Below are positions 11,001 to 25,300 of a stretch of 64,000 bases of DNA, in pieces (positions within the stretch are counted from its first letter, which is position 1; every line of letters starts with the position of its first letter). Below the pieces are notes generated by a model. The model did not search any database. It had not been told where the DNA came from and worked only from the letters and a program-made list of their open reading frames with translations. The stretch is from Nageia nagi (Eukaryota; Plantae; Pinophyta). Location of the stretch: contig JBITNC010000001.1 in the NCBI GenBank assembly GCA_050084985.1, positions 98,022,001-98,086,000 on the forward strand, read 5' to 3'. The position numbers were made by a program, and so were the translations under genes.

Positions 11001-13140
11001 GTTGGGCTATTGAGGCTAGAGAGGTTGGGTTGGATGCAATGAATTAGCCAAATTATTTGAGATAGTATCCTCAATCATTGAAGTGATGTGGGGGCACCAA
11101 AATTAGTCTTGTATGCTCTCCCTTCATGAAATATCACATCCCAATTGATATGTAGCTTTTGGGAAACTAGATCATAGCAGCAATAGGCTTTGGACTCATT
11201 AGAGTATCCTATAAAGATACATTTGATGGATTTTTCATCCAATTTCTTCCTATTTTCCTTAGACACATCCACATAATAGGTAAAGCAAAAGATTTAGAGG
11301 TGTAAGAGACTAGGTTTCTTGCCAAACCAAGCCTCATAGGGAGTTGAATACTGCATGACCTTTGTAGGCTAGCGATTTAATATGTATATAGTAGTGTGTA
11401 CAACTTCCCCCCATAATGTGTTTTCCATGACCATTTCCTTAAACATGCTCCAGGACATCTCAACGATTATCCAATTCTTTATCTCAACCACTCCATTTTG
11501 TTATGGAGTGTAGAAATTTGTCTATGGTTACTTGATCCCATGTTTCTATCATAATTATTTGAATTCATTTGAAGTGAATTCACCACCACAATCTATATAG
11601 AACTTCTTAAGGTGATAGCCAGATTGCTTCTCAACAAGCACCTTGAAGTTAACAAAAAATTCAAAGGTGTCTTACTTGGTCAGTAATAAATACAACCAAC
11701 TCATCTAAGAAAAATCATCAGTAAAGATAAGCATATACCTACACTTGGCCAAGGTGGGAGTTTGCATAGGTTCACAAATATCAACATGCACTAGCTCTAA
11801 AGGTGCTTTTGCACAATAAGGATGGGAGGGAAATTTCTCTCTATTTTGTTTCCTAGAAATGCAACTCTCACAAAAGTATTAGGAGGTAGTAAGAAGGTTG
11901 GCATACCTATCACAAGCTTAGGTAATCAGTTGAGTGAGTTGAAGTTGATGTGGACACATATTCGATGCCACAACCAAGCAAGATCAATAGTAGATTTTAG
12001 GCATTTGGCTACTATCAGATGCATCCTTAGAATATACATGCAATTCTCAAACATTAGAATCATTGCAATAACCTACTTGTTAGTGTCATTAGTGATGATG
12101 TAGGTTTTCTTCTAGAAGACTAGACAATAGTCTTTCAAGCACATCTGTCTAATGCTAAGGAGATTATGCTTCAAGCCAAGAGCATACAAAGTGTCATGCA
12201 TGTGCATGATCTTACTGATATTTGCTTTAAAATCAATAGTATACTTTTTGACAATGTCAACTTGATTATTATAACCAAATTGGACTTTACCAAAAGTATT
12301 TTCCTCAAATTGAATAACTCTTTTTCTAATCATATGATTGGAACATCCACTATCTAGATACCAAATATGGTCATATATAACTTCAAAGTTATTATTGGTG
12401 AGGAATTCATTATTACCATCATTCTCTTCATATTAGTTGGCTTTCTACTCCTTTTTCTTTTGATATCAATATTGCTCAATGTGACCATATTTTCCATAGA
12501 ATTCATTTTGTCAAGATGTTGAGCTCTAGCTTCTACTAGTTGATCAACCTCTTCCTCCATTATGGCTATCTCTTCTATGACCACTACCACCATGACCTCT
12601 TCCATGACATCTAGAAGTGGATTCTAAGATGAAGGAAATAGAAGGTCGTTCATTCAGTTAGATTTTGTGTTAGAATGCTTGGTCCATGTTCTCAGCTTTA
12701 TCTTGGATTTTATGCTCATATGTTTGCAAGCTTCCAAGTAATTTTGAGAGACTAAGTTGAGTTAAGTACGTAGAATCCTCAATTATAGTGGTGAGAGGAA
12801 CAAAATTCTAAAAAAGGCTTCTCAACACCTTCTCTGTAATCCATATATCATCAAGCTGCTCACCATGTGAATGAAGTGCATTCACCAAATCTTGAACTCT
12901 ATTCATAAAGAGTTCAACACTCTCAACATCTCCCTTCTGGAGAGATTTGAACTCCCATCATAAGAGTTGTAGCTTGGCTACTCTAACTCCAGATGATCCC
13001 TTGTAGGTACTCTCAAGAGTGTCCCATGCAACTTTGGAGAACTTGCATTATACAATCTTAGGAAAGAATGTAACATATATCCCACTTTTTATAGCAAACA
13101 AAGCTTTGGAATCCTTTTTTTGGGTCTTCATATATATCTT
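8091..13140 (-). mobile_element. 5'-truncated decayed Ty1/copia element (gag-PR-INT-RT-RH, probable 3' LTR ~8091-9328)
   Basis: gag AWDTLESTYKG..KLQLL..EKVLRSL (12700-13100); protease-region LKHNLLSIRQM; integrase LELVHVDICEPM, RKKLDEKSIKCIFIGYS; RT; RNase H DQLEDIFTKAL; PPT aagggggag near 9329-9337. LTR limits are uncertain. Confidence 0.88.
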
Positions 13141-13199
13141 TTTCATTGGTTTTAAGATTAAATTTTTGCCTAAACACTTCCCTAGGGAATCTAAATTTT

Positions 13200-16000
13200 A
13201 GTAGCCTGGTTGAAAATGTTCTAAAGTGAGGCAACACCTTTTCTGAAAAATATTATAGCTCTATTCCATTGAGTTTAGGCCAAAGCTAGAATCTAGTGTT
13301 GGATGGTCAGAGATCACCTAATAGCTAGAGTGTCTAAGGAGACACTATTATGTCTACCACCACCTTTGTAGCTAAACCAAGGCTTGAAAACTTCCCATGC
13401 TTTTCAAATTATCTTACAAATAAAGGGACCCACAATTTTGATTAGCATGGGAGCCATAATGAGTGTGGGGAAATCCAAGTTTTTTCAAACTTATTTTCCT
13501 AAAGGAATTCCTTAAGAAATATAATGTCTAATGAGATTTTCCAAGCTTCTAAGCCTTAGCAGGACCAAATAGTCCATTTAGTGCTTAGAGCATGCCTTGT
13601 ATCTAGAAATTAAAAATGCCCATACAACTAGAGAGTTTAGGGAGGCAACAATACTCTTATGAAACTTTGTAGAATCCTTTTTTGTCCTTGGTACTTTCCC
13701 AAAAAAAGTCTCTAAGCAGTTTCTCAAAATTTTTACAATAATTTTGGGAGGTAATCCAATAAGCTGAGTAATAAACATGGGTGTAAGCTAACACCTTGGA
13801 ACAAATCTAGAATTTTTTAGCAAGTGAAAGCTTCTTGAAAACCCAGTATGCTAGCTTTTTTCCACTTGTTGAATAACATAGCTCCAAATTTGAGCAAGAA
13901 TGGATTGAAAAGTAAAGGGGATCCCTAAAAACTTAAACATCTCTCTAGGATGAATCCATTACCATTGGTATGAAATAATTTAATCAAGAGTATCTATCAT
14001 AGCTTGTCTATAGGAGAAGGTTTTCCTCCACTGAATGGAGGACCCTAAGGCATTACAAAAAGTATCAAGACATTAAAAAGCTTTTGAAAAGAAGGTTGAT
14101 GTTCTCTTAAAGTGAAGAAGGATTCATAAACAAAGTAATCATTAATAATATAACCTTGATTCCCTAGAAAGGAAATACCTCAAACCAGTCCTTGGGAGGA
14201 TTTACTAGTAAGAATATACCCAAATGCTTCAATGGTTAAAACATATAGAGAGGGGGCTAATGGAAAACCCTATCTAACTAATCTAAAAAGTCCATATTTT
14301 TTTGTTTACATACCATCTAGGATGATGTTTTTTGATGCATAAAAAAAAGTATTTTGACTGATAGAAGAAAGGTAAGACCAAATACTAGGTCCTGAAGCAT
14401 GGCCATAATAAAATTCTATTCCATTTTATCATATGCTTTTCAAAATCAATTTTGAAAAAATGAAGTATTTTGATTGAGAAGTATGAGCCTGCTCTATTTC
14501 TTCCTAGACAACAATCACATTATCAAGAATATATCTTCTTTAAATGAACCTAATTTATTTAGTTTGAACAATTTGAGGTAGAAGAGGTTTAAGATTTAAA
14601 GTAAGAGCTATAGCTATAATTTTATAACTAACATTAAGCAGAGTGATAGGCCTCCAACTAGTGATAATGTTAGGGTTCCCTAATTTGGGAATCAACTTAA
14701 TATTACATTTATTGATAATTGATCCCAATGAACTAGTTGAAAGTTCTTCCTTGCAAACATTTAGAAGGTCCTAACCCACTTCATCCCATAGTTTCCTATA
14801 TAATTCACAAGGGAATTCATCAAGCCCAAGTGCTTTCTCATTGACCATGAAAGAGAGATCCATCTTTAGATCATCAACTGAGAGGATACGATCACATTCC
14901 TCTTTTAAAATGAGAAAGCTTATCAAGAATCATACTACAACACTCTTCCAAAGCTTATTTATTTTTGGATTTGAAATACTAAGAGGAAAAAAAACCTATT
15001 GGTAGTGTTTGGCAAAAGCATTGGTAATACTGGGGGGTCTGTGACTCGAACATCTTTGTCCATGATGGCTTTGAATTTGGCTATAATTCTAGGAAACTTT
15101 AGTCATTGAAAGAACTTTGTGGTAACTTTATCTTAAATATAAAGCTAATGAAGCTAGGCTTGAATTTGAGCACCCTTGGACTCATAAATTTCCACTTTCC
15201 TTAATTCATGTTGAAGAGCATCCACATATTGTTGAAGTGAAGTACTCTAGGGGTTAGCTTCTAGCTGAATTGAGGCTTGGAAAAACTTTCTCTAAAGGCA
15301 TTATTTGACTATTTGAAAATGTAAGCAAGTTCAATTTCTAGAACTCTTAGGAAAATGTAATTTTAGAGGATAACATCATTCCACCAATCAATCCACCTAA
15401 AAGTATGGAGGGCCTAGGAACCAAATTCTAGACCCAATGAGTATGGGCTACAAATGCTAGGTCATGTAAAAAAGACACATTAAGATAAAATTAAGAATGT
15501 AACACCTTAATAATATATGAGGGGAGACTATTTTTAAAATAATTGGCATATTATCAAAGATTTTATTATCAAGGAAGAGATCACTAGAGGTGAATCTTGG
15601 GCAAGGCCATGAAAGGAAAATCTAGGATGGTCCATGAGTATGGCCTAGTCTAACCTCTTCAATACTTTATTTTCCTCCTCTTAGAAGTTACATCAAGTGA
15701 ACCAAATAGATTTTTAAAATTTTTAAGGAGTGTGATAGGCATTGGGGTCAACTAATCCATGCTTTTTCTTGAGAAAAAACCAAGCATCTCTCTCTCCCAC
15801 ACACCAACGCATAAGGAGTCTACCAAATTTATCTTCCAACTTTTTGACAATGTTAAAATCATTGCAAAAAAAACCATATTCTTGGTGGTATTTATAAGGT
15901 AATAAAATTCCATAAATCATATATATTAGGTCCTTGATTAGAGGTATATATTTTCATAATACTGAAAGGTTTCCCATCAATGTTAAACAATGTCCACACT
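13200..16000 (-). mobile_element. Decayed LINE ORF2 (endonuclease and RT)
   Basis: FFCNDFNIV (GDFN-like EN motif, ORF 15723-15920), KALGLDEFPCELY, WRPITLLNVSYKII, FKIDFEK-YDK. Truncated at both ends. Confidence 0.88.
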
Positions 16001-19000
16001 ACCTAGTTCGAGGGGTCCATACCTTAAGAGACTAGCATCGAGTTTTCCATAAACTTTGATTTAAGAACTAATTAAAATACCCAATATATTTAATTTATAC
16101 TCTCATTTATTAAGTATATATTTTTTTAAAAATCCTTTCTCCAAATTGTTCAAGAGCCAATGCTTAACTTCTAAATATTTTAAGCTATTACAAAACTTTA
16201 AAATATTATCTCAATAAAAATTCTTTAATAAAATACTATCACTTACAAATTAAAAATCATATATATATATAGAATTACAATTTTACCTCATCATGAGGTC
16301 TTTACTCCATCATAAATTCAAAAGGATTAAGATTTATAAAATTTATCACTATCTCCATATCAGTATAGTAACTTAGGATAAGGCCTTATGGATTCTCCTC
16401 TTGAGATATATTTCTTGAAATCTAACTCAATCCTCTCTCTAAAATCCATTCTCCATTAAACTTAATTTATAATACATTAAATATCTTAATATAAAAAATA
16501 TTACAATAATACTCTTACCCATTTGAAATTTATCTCCATTTGAATTATTCTACCAGCAATATGGTTATGAATCTCTCCTCCCATGAATCCATTTTGTTAT
16601 AATATCATTTATTTATTTAATATTGAGTTTTAAAATAGTAAATTTCATTTACTATTTAATTTATTTTATTAACCCTATATCTAACAATTTTAAATCTTAA
16701 TAAATAAATACCATATATGGGATAGAATTTAGTAAAGGTACCATTATGTGTCATAAGATTAAGGTTAAGGGAAGCCATGTGATCCTAATTAAACTAACAT
16801 ATCATTCAATTACATCACAATCCATCCACATGGACTTTGCCTTTTCACATGTGACTCCACCAACTCTCCTGGAGCCCACCCTATGTGCTCTATATTTTCT
16901 AAGAGAACTGAGCACACTAGGTGTGGTTACATAAGCACAATACCATAACATAATTGAATGATATTCCCATATGTTTAATGGAAAATATATTTCCTTATAT
17001 TTACTAATGAGACCATGATGCAAAGAATGGTATTATAAGTGTGCTATTTTCCCTAGATGTTTGAGAATACGGTAGATAACATACAATTGAACTAATTGAG
17101 ATTTCTATTATGGAAGGGTCATCCAATGTGCTAAATGATATGGTAGAGATATGAGGGGAATAACACATATCCAAAATATAATATATAGATAAGATACTTG
17201 TGTATTTTGGAATGGTGTTGGATATTTCTACTAATCTTAAGATATAACACTAGATAACAACATAGGGGAGGAAGGCATAAATAGATATGATAAGGTTTCA
17301 TCATATAAGGATAATCCTCTAATGAATGGGAGTGAGGAGGAGGTGCATCCATCACTAGAAGGAGATGATGTCAAATCCATAGATATCTATGACACACAAT
17401 GATAGGTTACATGACCTACACTAATATATTTGTATATGGATGAGGGAAGATATAATTAGAGAGGTAATATGATGATAAGAGATAAAAATAAGATAAAAAA
17501 TAGGAGATCCCTCTAACTAATGATGATGATGATGGATCTCATATAGATGGAATAATATTATTGGAAAAAGAGGAAGCTGATCCAATTCAATATATTTCCC
17601 CACTAGATCATATTGAGTAATTGAATTGGGTACCATGAGATTCACATATATAGTAAATTATTTATATTTAATTAACATTTTCTAGGTTGAGAGTTTATTA
17701 TTAATATGTATATGAATGTGTGGTAGATAAAATAGGTATGATAGATCATTGATGAAAAGTAATCCTAATAAATTATTAAAATTATTAGTAATGATAATTA
17801 TTTTTCTAAGGAGAGTATCATGAGATATGTAGGCATAATATCCACATTTTGAGGTATCCCTATAAGCATGAGAATAACTAGAGGAACTCAAGGATAAACT
17901 AATAATAATGATGGAAAAAGGGTTACATAAGTTGTAAAGAAAACCATATCCCCATCACTACCATTAAGGGTAGTAATGTATATTACATTATCATAGTAGT
18001 TCACTAAGGAGAAATGATGAAATAATACTACATAAGTAAAGTTAAGCTAGAGTTAAGGATTAATATGAATAATTTTGGGCTCTTTATGAGAATATTATAT
18101 CCATGAATTAAACACTTGAGGGTTCAAGCATGAGGATAGTGATAACATGATCTATGATGTTGGTGGCTTAGTCATTGTTCTTGTAGGAAGGGTGAGGATT
18201 TTGTTGAAGGTACTAGGGCTAAGGAATTACATGTATCTAGAACTTGATTATACTTTAAGACACCATATCAATATTTATTAATAAGTCAAAAATAAATAAA
18301 TTAAGTATGATAAATATTGGATGTTAAGCTAGACTTAGTAGAGGCCTTATGTTTATTAATACTTAAGTATTTATGAATACTAAGGCCACATGTACTTAAA
18401 TTCTATTAGAAATATGTGTATATACATGGATAATTGTATTGGTGATTAGTTTATGGTTAATATTACATATGTTTTTGTGTATCTAAACATTATGATTAAT
18501 TCACATGAATTAGGAGTTCTTAAGCTTATTTAAAGGTCACTCTTAGCCAACATTATAATCATATTATGGATCATTTTTTTATCACTTATTATTATTGTGA
18601 TATTATTTAAGGATTAATTGCCTATCCAATATTATTGTGTTCTTTTTTGTTTTAATACATTCATTATATGGAATGCTTAAGATGTTCAATTTGTTTATAA
18701 TATTAATAATTCTTCATGGTATCAAAACCATTAGGAGATTCCATTAAGGAATAATTAAAGAGATAACTTTTCTTACAAAGGCTCTAGTATTTTTGTAAAT
18801 TTAAGAGTTTGTAATATTAGATGCAAAATCTATTTTGAGGGTTGAAGAAAATGATGAGAAAAAACTATGATTAAAAATTTATATTATTTTGATGGTCAAA
18901 TTGTAAGATCTTGCCAAAATAAGATTTTTAAAAAATATTAAAATAAAATTAGTTGTGCAAATTAATTTATGATGAATATTACAAAATCATTTATAGACAT

Positions 19001-19223
19001 AGAATCCTCACAAAAAATTGGCTAAGATAGTTATGCAAATTTATAGATTATATAATCTTATTCATTGAAATCATTATTAATGAATGATATCTAAGTTTAC
19101 ATTAATTATTGAAGTTCATATTTTGAATTTTAAATTTGAATTTTGTAATGAATATATAGATATTAGGAAGGAAAAATTAATTTAAAAAATTATTTTAGAA
19201 TTGCACACCAATTAACCTAGCTA

Positions 19224-19297
19224 AGTCGCTTAGCCTAATTAGTTGAGGTGCTTTAACCCATAAGTGGGAGGTCATAGGTTTAAATCCCTTCGACTCC
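19224..19297 (+). pseudogene. tRNA-like sequence (tRNA pseudogene or SINE head) in the leader of element A
   Basis: 74 nt with cloverleaf spacing: TAGCCTAATTAGTTGAGGT (A box/D arm), CCCATAA loop, AGGTC variable region, GGTTTAAATCCC (B box) and agtcg/cgact terminal pairing. The anticodon stem is degenerate. Confidence 0.65.
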
Positions 19298-22200
19298 TTC
19301 CATCAACTAATTATCGTATTGATGTTTCCTTATTGCATAACTTCACATATAAACTAAGAAATTTATGTATACTTAGTAATAAAAATTTGCAAACCTGGTC
19401 AATAATACAATTTAACAAGATATTGTAAATTAGTAGGTGACATAAATGATGAACTTGCAAAGGTAATAAGTGATTTTAATATTGTAGATATAGTTGTTTT
19501 TGATATGGAAGATACATTTAGTGCTAATATTAAAATGTAATTGGTATTAATGTTGTAGGTACAAGTGTTACAAAGGTGGTAGATTTACATTGCAAAATTG
19601 GTACCATGTGGTGGACTATAAAATGTCCATTTTATTAACTTTTGCTTAGTTTTTTGTAAATTATTATAAGCCATATATTTTTTTTGTATGGAGTTTTGAG
19701 GTAATTTATTTTTTAAATTTGGATATACTTTTTATCTCTACAATTACTGCACTTAATTTTCTTTATTTAATAATAATATTTTCAAAAAATAGCAAAATAC
19801 ACTTTGTGTATTATAAATTCCCTGGATGGGGATAACTTCTTGATTTGGAGGAGTGAGGTAATGTTGGTATTGATTGCTCAAAATTTGGGGCATACTCTTG
19901 TGATTAATAATTATAAATAAGGTTAAAGAGAAGAATAATTCAAATTGTGTGGGTGATATTGGTGATGAATATGAAATTGCAGTTGTGATATTTAGCCAAT
20001 GAGCATCCATCCAAATAAAGGAACTATGGGAGATATTGAATGAGGTATTTGGAAACTTTTAGTAATAGGATTGTTAAGTTTCACAAAAAGTTAAATTATA
20101 TATGATTTAGGATTTTGAATTGATAAGTGTATTTTAAAATAGAATTTTTCATTTACAATATTCTATTAGGATTATATGTGGTAAGGAGACAAATGAGAAG
20201 GAAATGGTTGAGAGTATTCTTGATAACTACCTAGTAGTTTTGAATATTTAATGTCTAATTTGAAAAAATAATTTGAAGCTTGAAAATCATTAAGGACTTA
20301 CTATAATGAGAAGGATTTAATAAATCCTTAAAATGAGGTTGATAGGGGTATTGGGACTTTAGGCAAGAATCAATATCTTTGGGTAAAAGAGGATAAGGCT
20401 CAAGATAAATATAAAAAGAAGGATCAAGATGAAAATGAGGATGATGAAATTAAGGAAAATAAGGGATGATATTATTATGATAAAGTTTAAATCATAAGGT
20501 GGAGGAATGTTGGAATATAATGAAGGCCTTGAAAAAGGATATGGAGGCTTTGAAGGCTAGGTATTATCAAGGAGATTCTTCTAGTGGCACTATGTTATCA
20601 ATGAGTATCTCACAATAAGGACATATATATTTTCAAGTTACTATGTAAGTAAAAAAAATAGTCTAATAAGGATTGTGCATTAATTAAGGTGCCTCTTCCT
20701 ATATTACCATAAATAAAAGTTCATTTGGGATGTATTCTATGTACTAAATTATACATTAATTCTTTATTCATATATCAATTGAATGAAGTTGAAAACAAAG
20801 TAGATGTTTTTAAGGATAATGTCCACATCAAGGATATAAGGGAAACATCAAACTCATTACTATTTGAAGTTGTTGGTGAGGCTTGAAAGCTATTCAAGAT
20901 TATTAAGATGAATGATATGAACAAGTTATGCTATTTGAAAGTGGGATACTTGAACTATGGATGACTTCATTTTATGAGATAAAGGGATTTATGAAAGGTA
21001 TGTTTTTATCTCTTTCTCTTCCTAGAGGTAATATGAGAGTTATATGCTTGGAAAACAGCATAGGAATGTATTTAAAGTTGAGAAAGTAAATAGGGATTCT
21101 AGTTTATTGAAGTTAATTTATTCATATTTGTGTGATCTTATGAGTATGAATTTGGATGGTGTATTTATATATATCTCTCTTTCATTAATGATTACTATTA
21201 AAAGTACGGTCTACTTTTTAAAATTTAAGAGTGATATTTTAGAGCAATTTAATATGTTCAAGACTATGGTAGATAAGTAATTTGATATATTTATTAAGAT
21301 TTTGAAGACTTGTAATCAAATGAATATGTGATTAATAATTTTGATTTATTTTGTAAGAAACATTTTATTATTCAAAAATGTACCATGCCCTATACTCCAT
21401 AATAAAATGGGATAACCAAGAGTAAGAATAGGGTACTTGTTGAGATGTCTATATGTATGTCTCATAGAGGAAATTGTGATTTTAAATTACAGAATGAGAT
21501 GGCTACATATGCATTATATATAGTGAACCACTCACCTAGTAGGGATTCAAGAGCAATGAATTCAAATTATAAGTGAAGAGGGATCAATCCAAGTGTCAAA
21601 CACTTGAGAGTATTTAGTTATGATGATTTTGTATATATTAGAAATGAGAGAATAACTAAATTCTAGTCAATGAGTAAAAAGTACATCTTCATAGAGTACA
21701 TTTAGGTAACCAAGGAATAAAAACTTTGTGATCCACTAGCATCGAGAATTATTGAGAATAGTATTGTGAGGTTCGATGATAAAATCCTTACTACTCATGC
21801 AAATTATTCTAATTTATCAAAGTTTCTTGATATAGAGTCATCATAATATTTTGAGTGATCTTATTCTTCTAATTGTCTCATGATTTACCTTATGGTGTAC
21901 ATAATAGATCTTATGGTGAGCATGGTAATGGACATAGAAGGGATCTTCATTTTTAGGATGGAGATAGTGGTCTTCACATGAATGGTGAAAATCTTAGTTC
22001 TAACAATGATAGTATTCACTTGGATGGTGAGAATTATTATTGTTATATTTATAATGGTAATAATATGGCTCATTATAGAGAGTATGAACTTGATGATTAT
22101 GGTTAGAATACTCATTTAATGAATATAGTTATGACATAGTATTCAAATAAAGAATTAGGTTATTTTTAGATTAGGTTTACATTGAGGATGCTCCATGTGA

Positions 22201-22361
22201 GTCATTAGACTTGTATAATATTTAGGAGAGGCCTTGTGGATAGGTTCATCAAGTAAATTTTACACTTATGTATAAAATTAAGTGAGGGAAGGAATATTCT
22301 TTTACTTTTAAATAAGAATATAGGAAACTTGAGAGATATGCAACTATGAAGAATGAGTATG

Positions 22362-25300
22362 TGATTCAAAATGGGTCAATTTGAAAGTTTGGTCATCGAT
22401 GAGTGGATATTTTTACACCTAATATTTCTATGCTCAAAATCAGACATACTCAAGCAGTTTGGTCTATTGGATTAATAAAGTAAACATTATGGATATCATA
22501 CAAGCCAAATGATAGGGCATTGATGTCATTCCTTCATATTATTAGCATGGGAAAAATTGAAGGTTCAAGGTTATTTTAGTTATCATAACTAGTTTCATAA
22601 TCATTTCATCAATTTGGGAGGTTATTTGATGGTATATAGTTTTATATCTTCTGTTATAATCCAATGTTGATGGTTAGAAAAAGTTTTGACATTTCTATTG
22701 GATTGTTGAGACATGCTTTGAAGATGCAAATCTAATTCAAGGATATTTTAAAGAGGTTGTAGGTTTAAGGAGTTTTCTATGCTAGGATAATGTTATGTCC
22801 ACAATCTTGCAATTTGTAATCATCATATTGATCCTCACAATGAAGAAGAGATATTAAACTGGATGTACGTCCATATTTGGAGGAACCATTATAAATTTGA
22901 CTATGTTATCTTGTATGATTGTTATTTTGATATTATTAGTTACTAATTTCATTTTTTATTGTAATTTCATACTTAATTTCATAAATAAACTCTACTAGAA
23001 GAGGAGTATCAACATCCTATTTCTCTACAATTTAGGATGCCAATGCCCCATTTCTTGCATAACTAGGTCCTAACATTTAAATTATATAATTTGTATTTGA
23101 TGAACTCTTAAATAACCTACCTTATAAAGTTTTATAGACCATATAGTATCATAATTCATTTGGTAGTTTGAATTATGAATTATTAATGCAAGTGAGAATG
23201 TCTCAAAAAGGGGAATTATTTTCTATTGATATTAAGATTGCAAGAAGGCATATAAGAATGAATTCCATGGAAATTTAGGAAGGAAGAAAACACAAATTAA
23301 TAGATTTTGATTTGAGTTCTAAATTTGAAAAGATATTTCTTGAAATATAGAGAAATATGGATAGAATCATAGAATTACTTCAAGGAAGACAAACCAAGGA
23401 GGAGCCAAGGAGACCTAAGTTTGATAGAAGACCAATTAATGTTGTTGGGCCTTCTCATATCACTATATCATTTCCATTTAAATTAGATGAAAAAGTTAAA
23501 ATACCTAATTTTGGAGAAGATGTAGATGTTAAGAACCTCAACAATTAGTTGAAACAACTTGAATACTTGAGGTATATTTTCAGATTCAATGTATTTATAA
23601 TGATGTTCATAAAATTTCATTTCTAAGATTGAAAATGGGAGGTAATGCTTTGATTTGGTGGGAGATTCATGTTGAATCACTCAATCACAAAAACCATTCA
23701 TCCATATCTTCTTGGTAAGAATTCAAGAATATATTAAGTGATTAATTCTATCCTTTGGGTCATCACAATAAGAAACTCATGAAATGGAAAGTTCTCCACC
23801 AATAAAGAAGGAAATCAATGTAATAATACACCATGGAATTTAGAGGAAAAGTAACTTTTCTTATGATTTATCTTAAGGATCCTCAAATGTTTATGAAGTA
23901 CATTGGATATTTGCTTAATCATTTATAAAATCTTATTATGTTGTTTAATCCTACTAATTTTGATCAAGTTTGTATGCAAGATCAATTTTTGGAAGAAAAT
24001 TGGAGGCAAAAATAACACTATGAGAATTGCAAGAAGAATTAAAACAATAAAGGACAAAAAGAAGGAGGAAAGTATCAAAACAAAGGTAAAGGTAATTTGT
24101 AACAAGAAAATAAAACTACCAATACTACAAATAAAGAAAATGATGGTAGGCATTGTTCTCATTATGAAAAAGATAGATATGTTGATGTAAATGTTGGAAG
24201 CTTCATCTCAAATTGTATCTTTATAAAAAGAAGGATAAGAAAAATTTAAACAAAGAAGAATGAAATGGTTACCAAGAATGAGGATGTTGAAGATAATTCA
24301 AATTATGATAAACTCAATTTTACAATAATACAAATAATTGGAAATGAGAAAGAGATTGAGGAAAAGAGGCTACAGGTTCAAATTAGTAAGGTAAAACTTG
24401 AATATATTTTTTTATTATGATTCTAAAGTTAATTTGATTTATGAAATTTTAGTGAAGGAATTGGACTTGAAAATATACAATCACCCACATCCATACCCTC
24501 TTGGATGAGTACATCAATATCCCAACTTACAAGTCATGAAATAATGTAAGTTGCAATTTAACATAAGTACTAAGTATCATGATGAGATGGTAGTTGATGT
24601 TGTTCCTTTAGATATATGTGGTATTGTATTTGGAAATTCATATTTTTGGGATTGAGATGATCTTTGTTATAGGAGGAAAAATCAATATAGGTTGATCAAG
24701 GAAGGGAAGTCCTACACCATTCATGCCCATAAAAGTGAAAAACATATGCTTTTGGTGAATGCAAGCTAGATAAAGAGACTTGTAAATGCAAGAAAGAATT
24801 TTTTATGAACAAAGTTCCCAAAATAGCATAAAATCATGAGAGAAAGAGCTCAATGCATTGAATAAGAGATAAAATCTATAATAAGTGACTTCAAGGGGAA
24901 ACCTCCTTTAAAAATATGTAATAAGCCACTTTGAGGGGGCAACCTCCTTTACATCACATCAATTACACAACCATATACAATACAAATGATAATACCTCCT
25001 TAGTATATATAGGAGTCCAAGGGGTGCCATTACAATGAAAGGACACTAGCCAACATAACAATAATAATGTCTAGCTGACATAACAATAATAATGTAAGTG
25101 AATAACAATAACCATAGTGGACTTCTATGGGACACATAATAACAATATATGGGCTACATGAGTAGTATAGGGACGTAACATGCCCCTCTCCTTCAAAAAA
25201 AATGTTGTCCTCAACGTTTTAGTAGTTTTGGATGCTTCTATAGAAATTTCTCATCTTCCCATGTGGAATCTTTAGCTATTGCCATATTTTTACTTTCAAC

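Noticed and set aside
16749-18262. Possible solo LTR (tgtcataa...ttaagaca)
   Set aside because: No TSD, no second copy in the window, and no PBS or PPT.
19224-19305. Self-encoded primer tRNA for element A, or a functional tRNA-Met gene
   Set aside because: Its 3' end is not complementary to the PBS at 18717, and the anticodon, T and acceptor stems are imperfect.
21885-22115. Ile/Thr-rich ORF resembling a membrane or repeat protein
   Set aside because: It is the antisense of the low-complexity integrase-RT linker of copia A.
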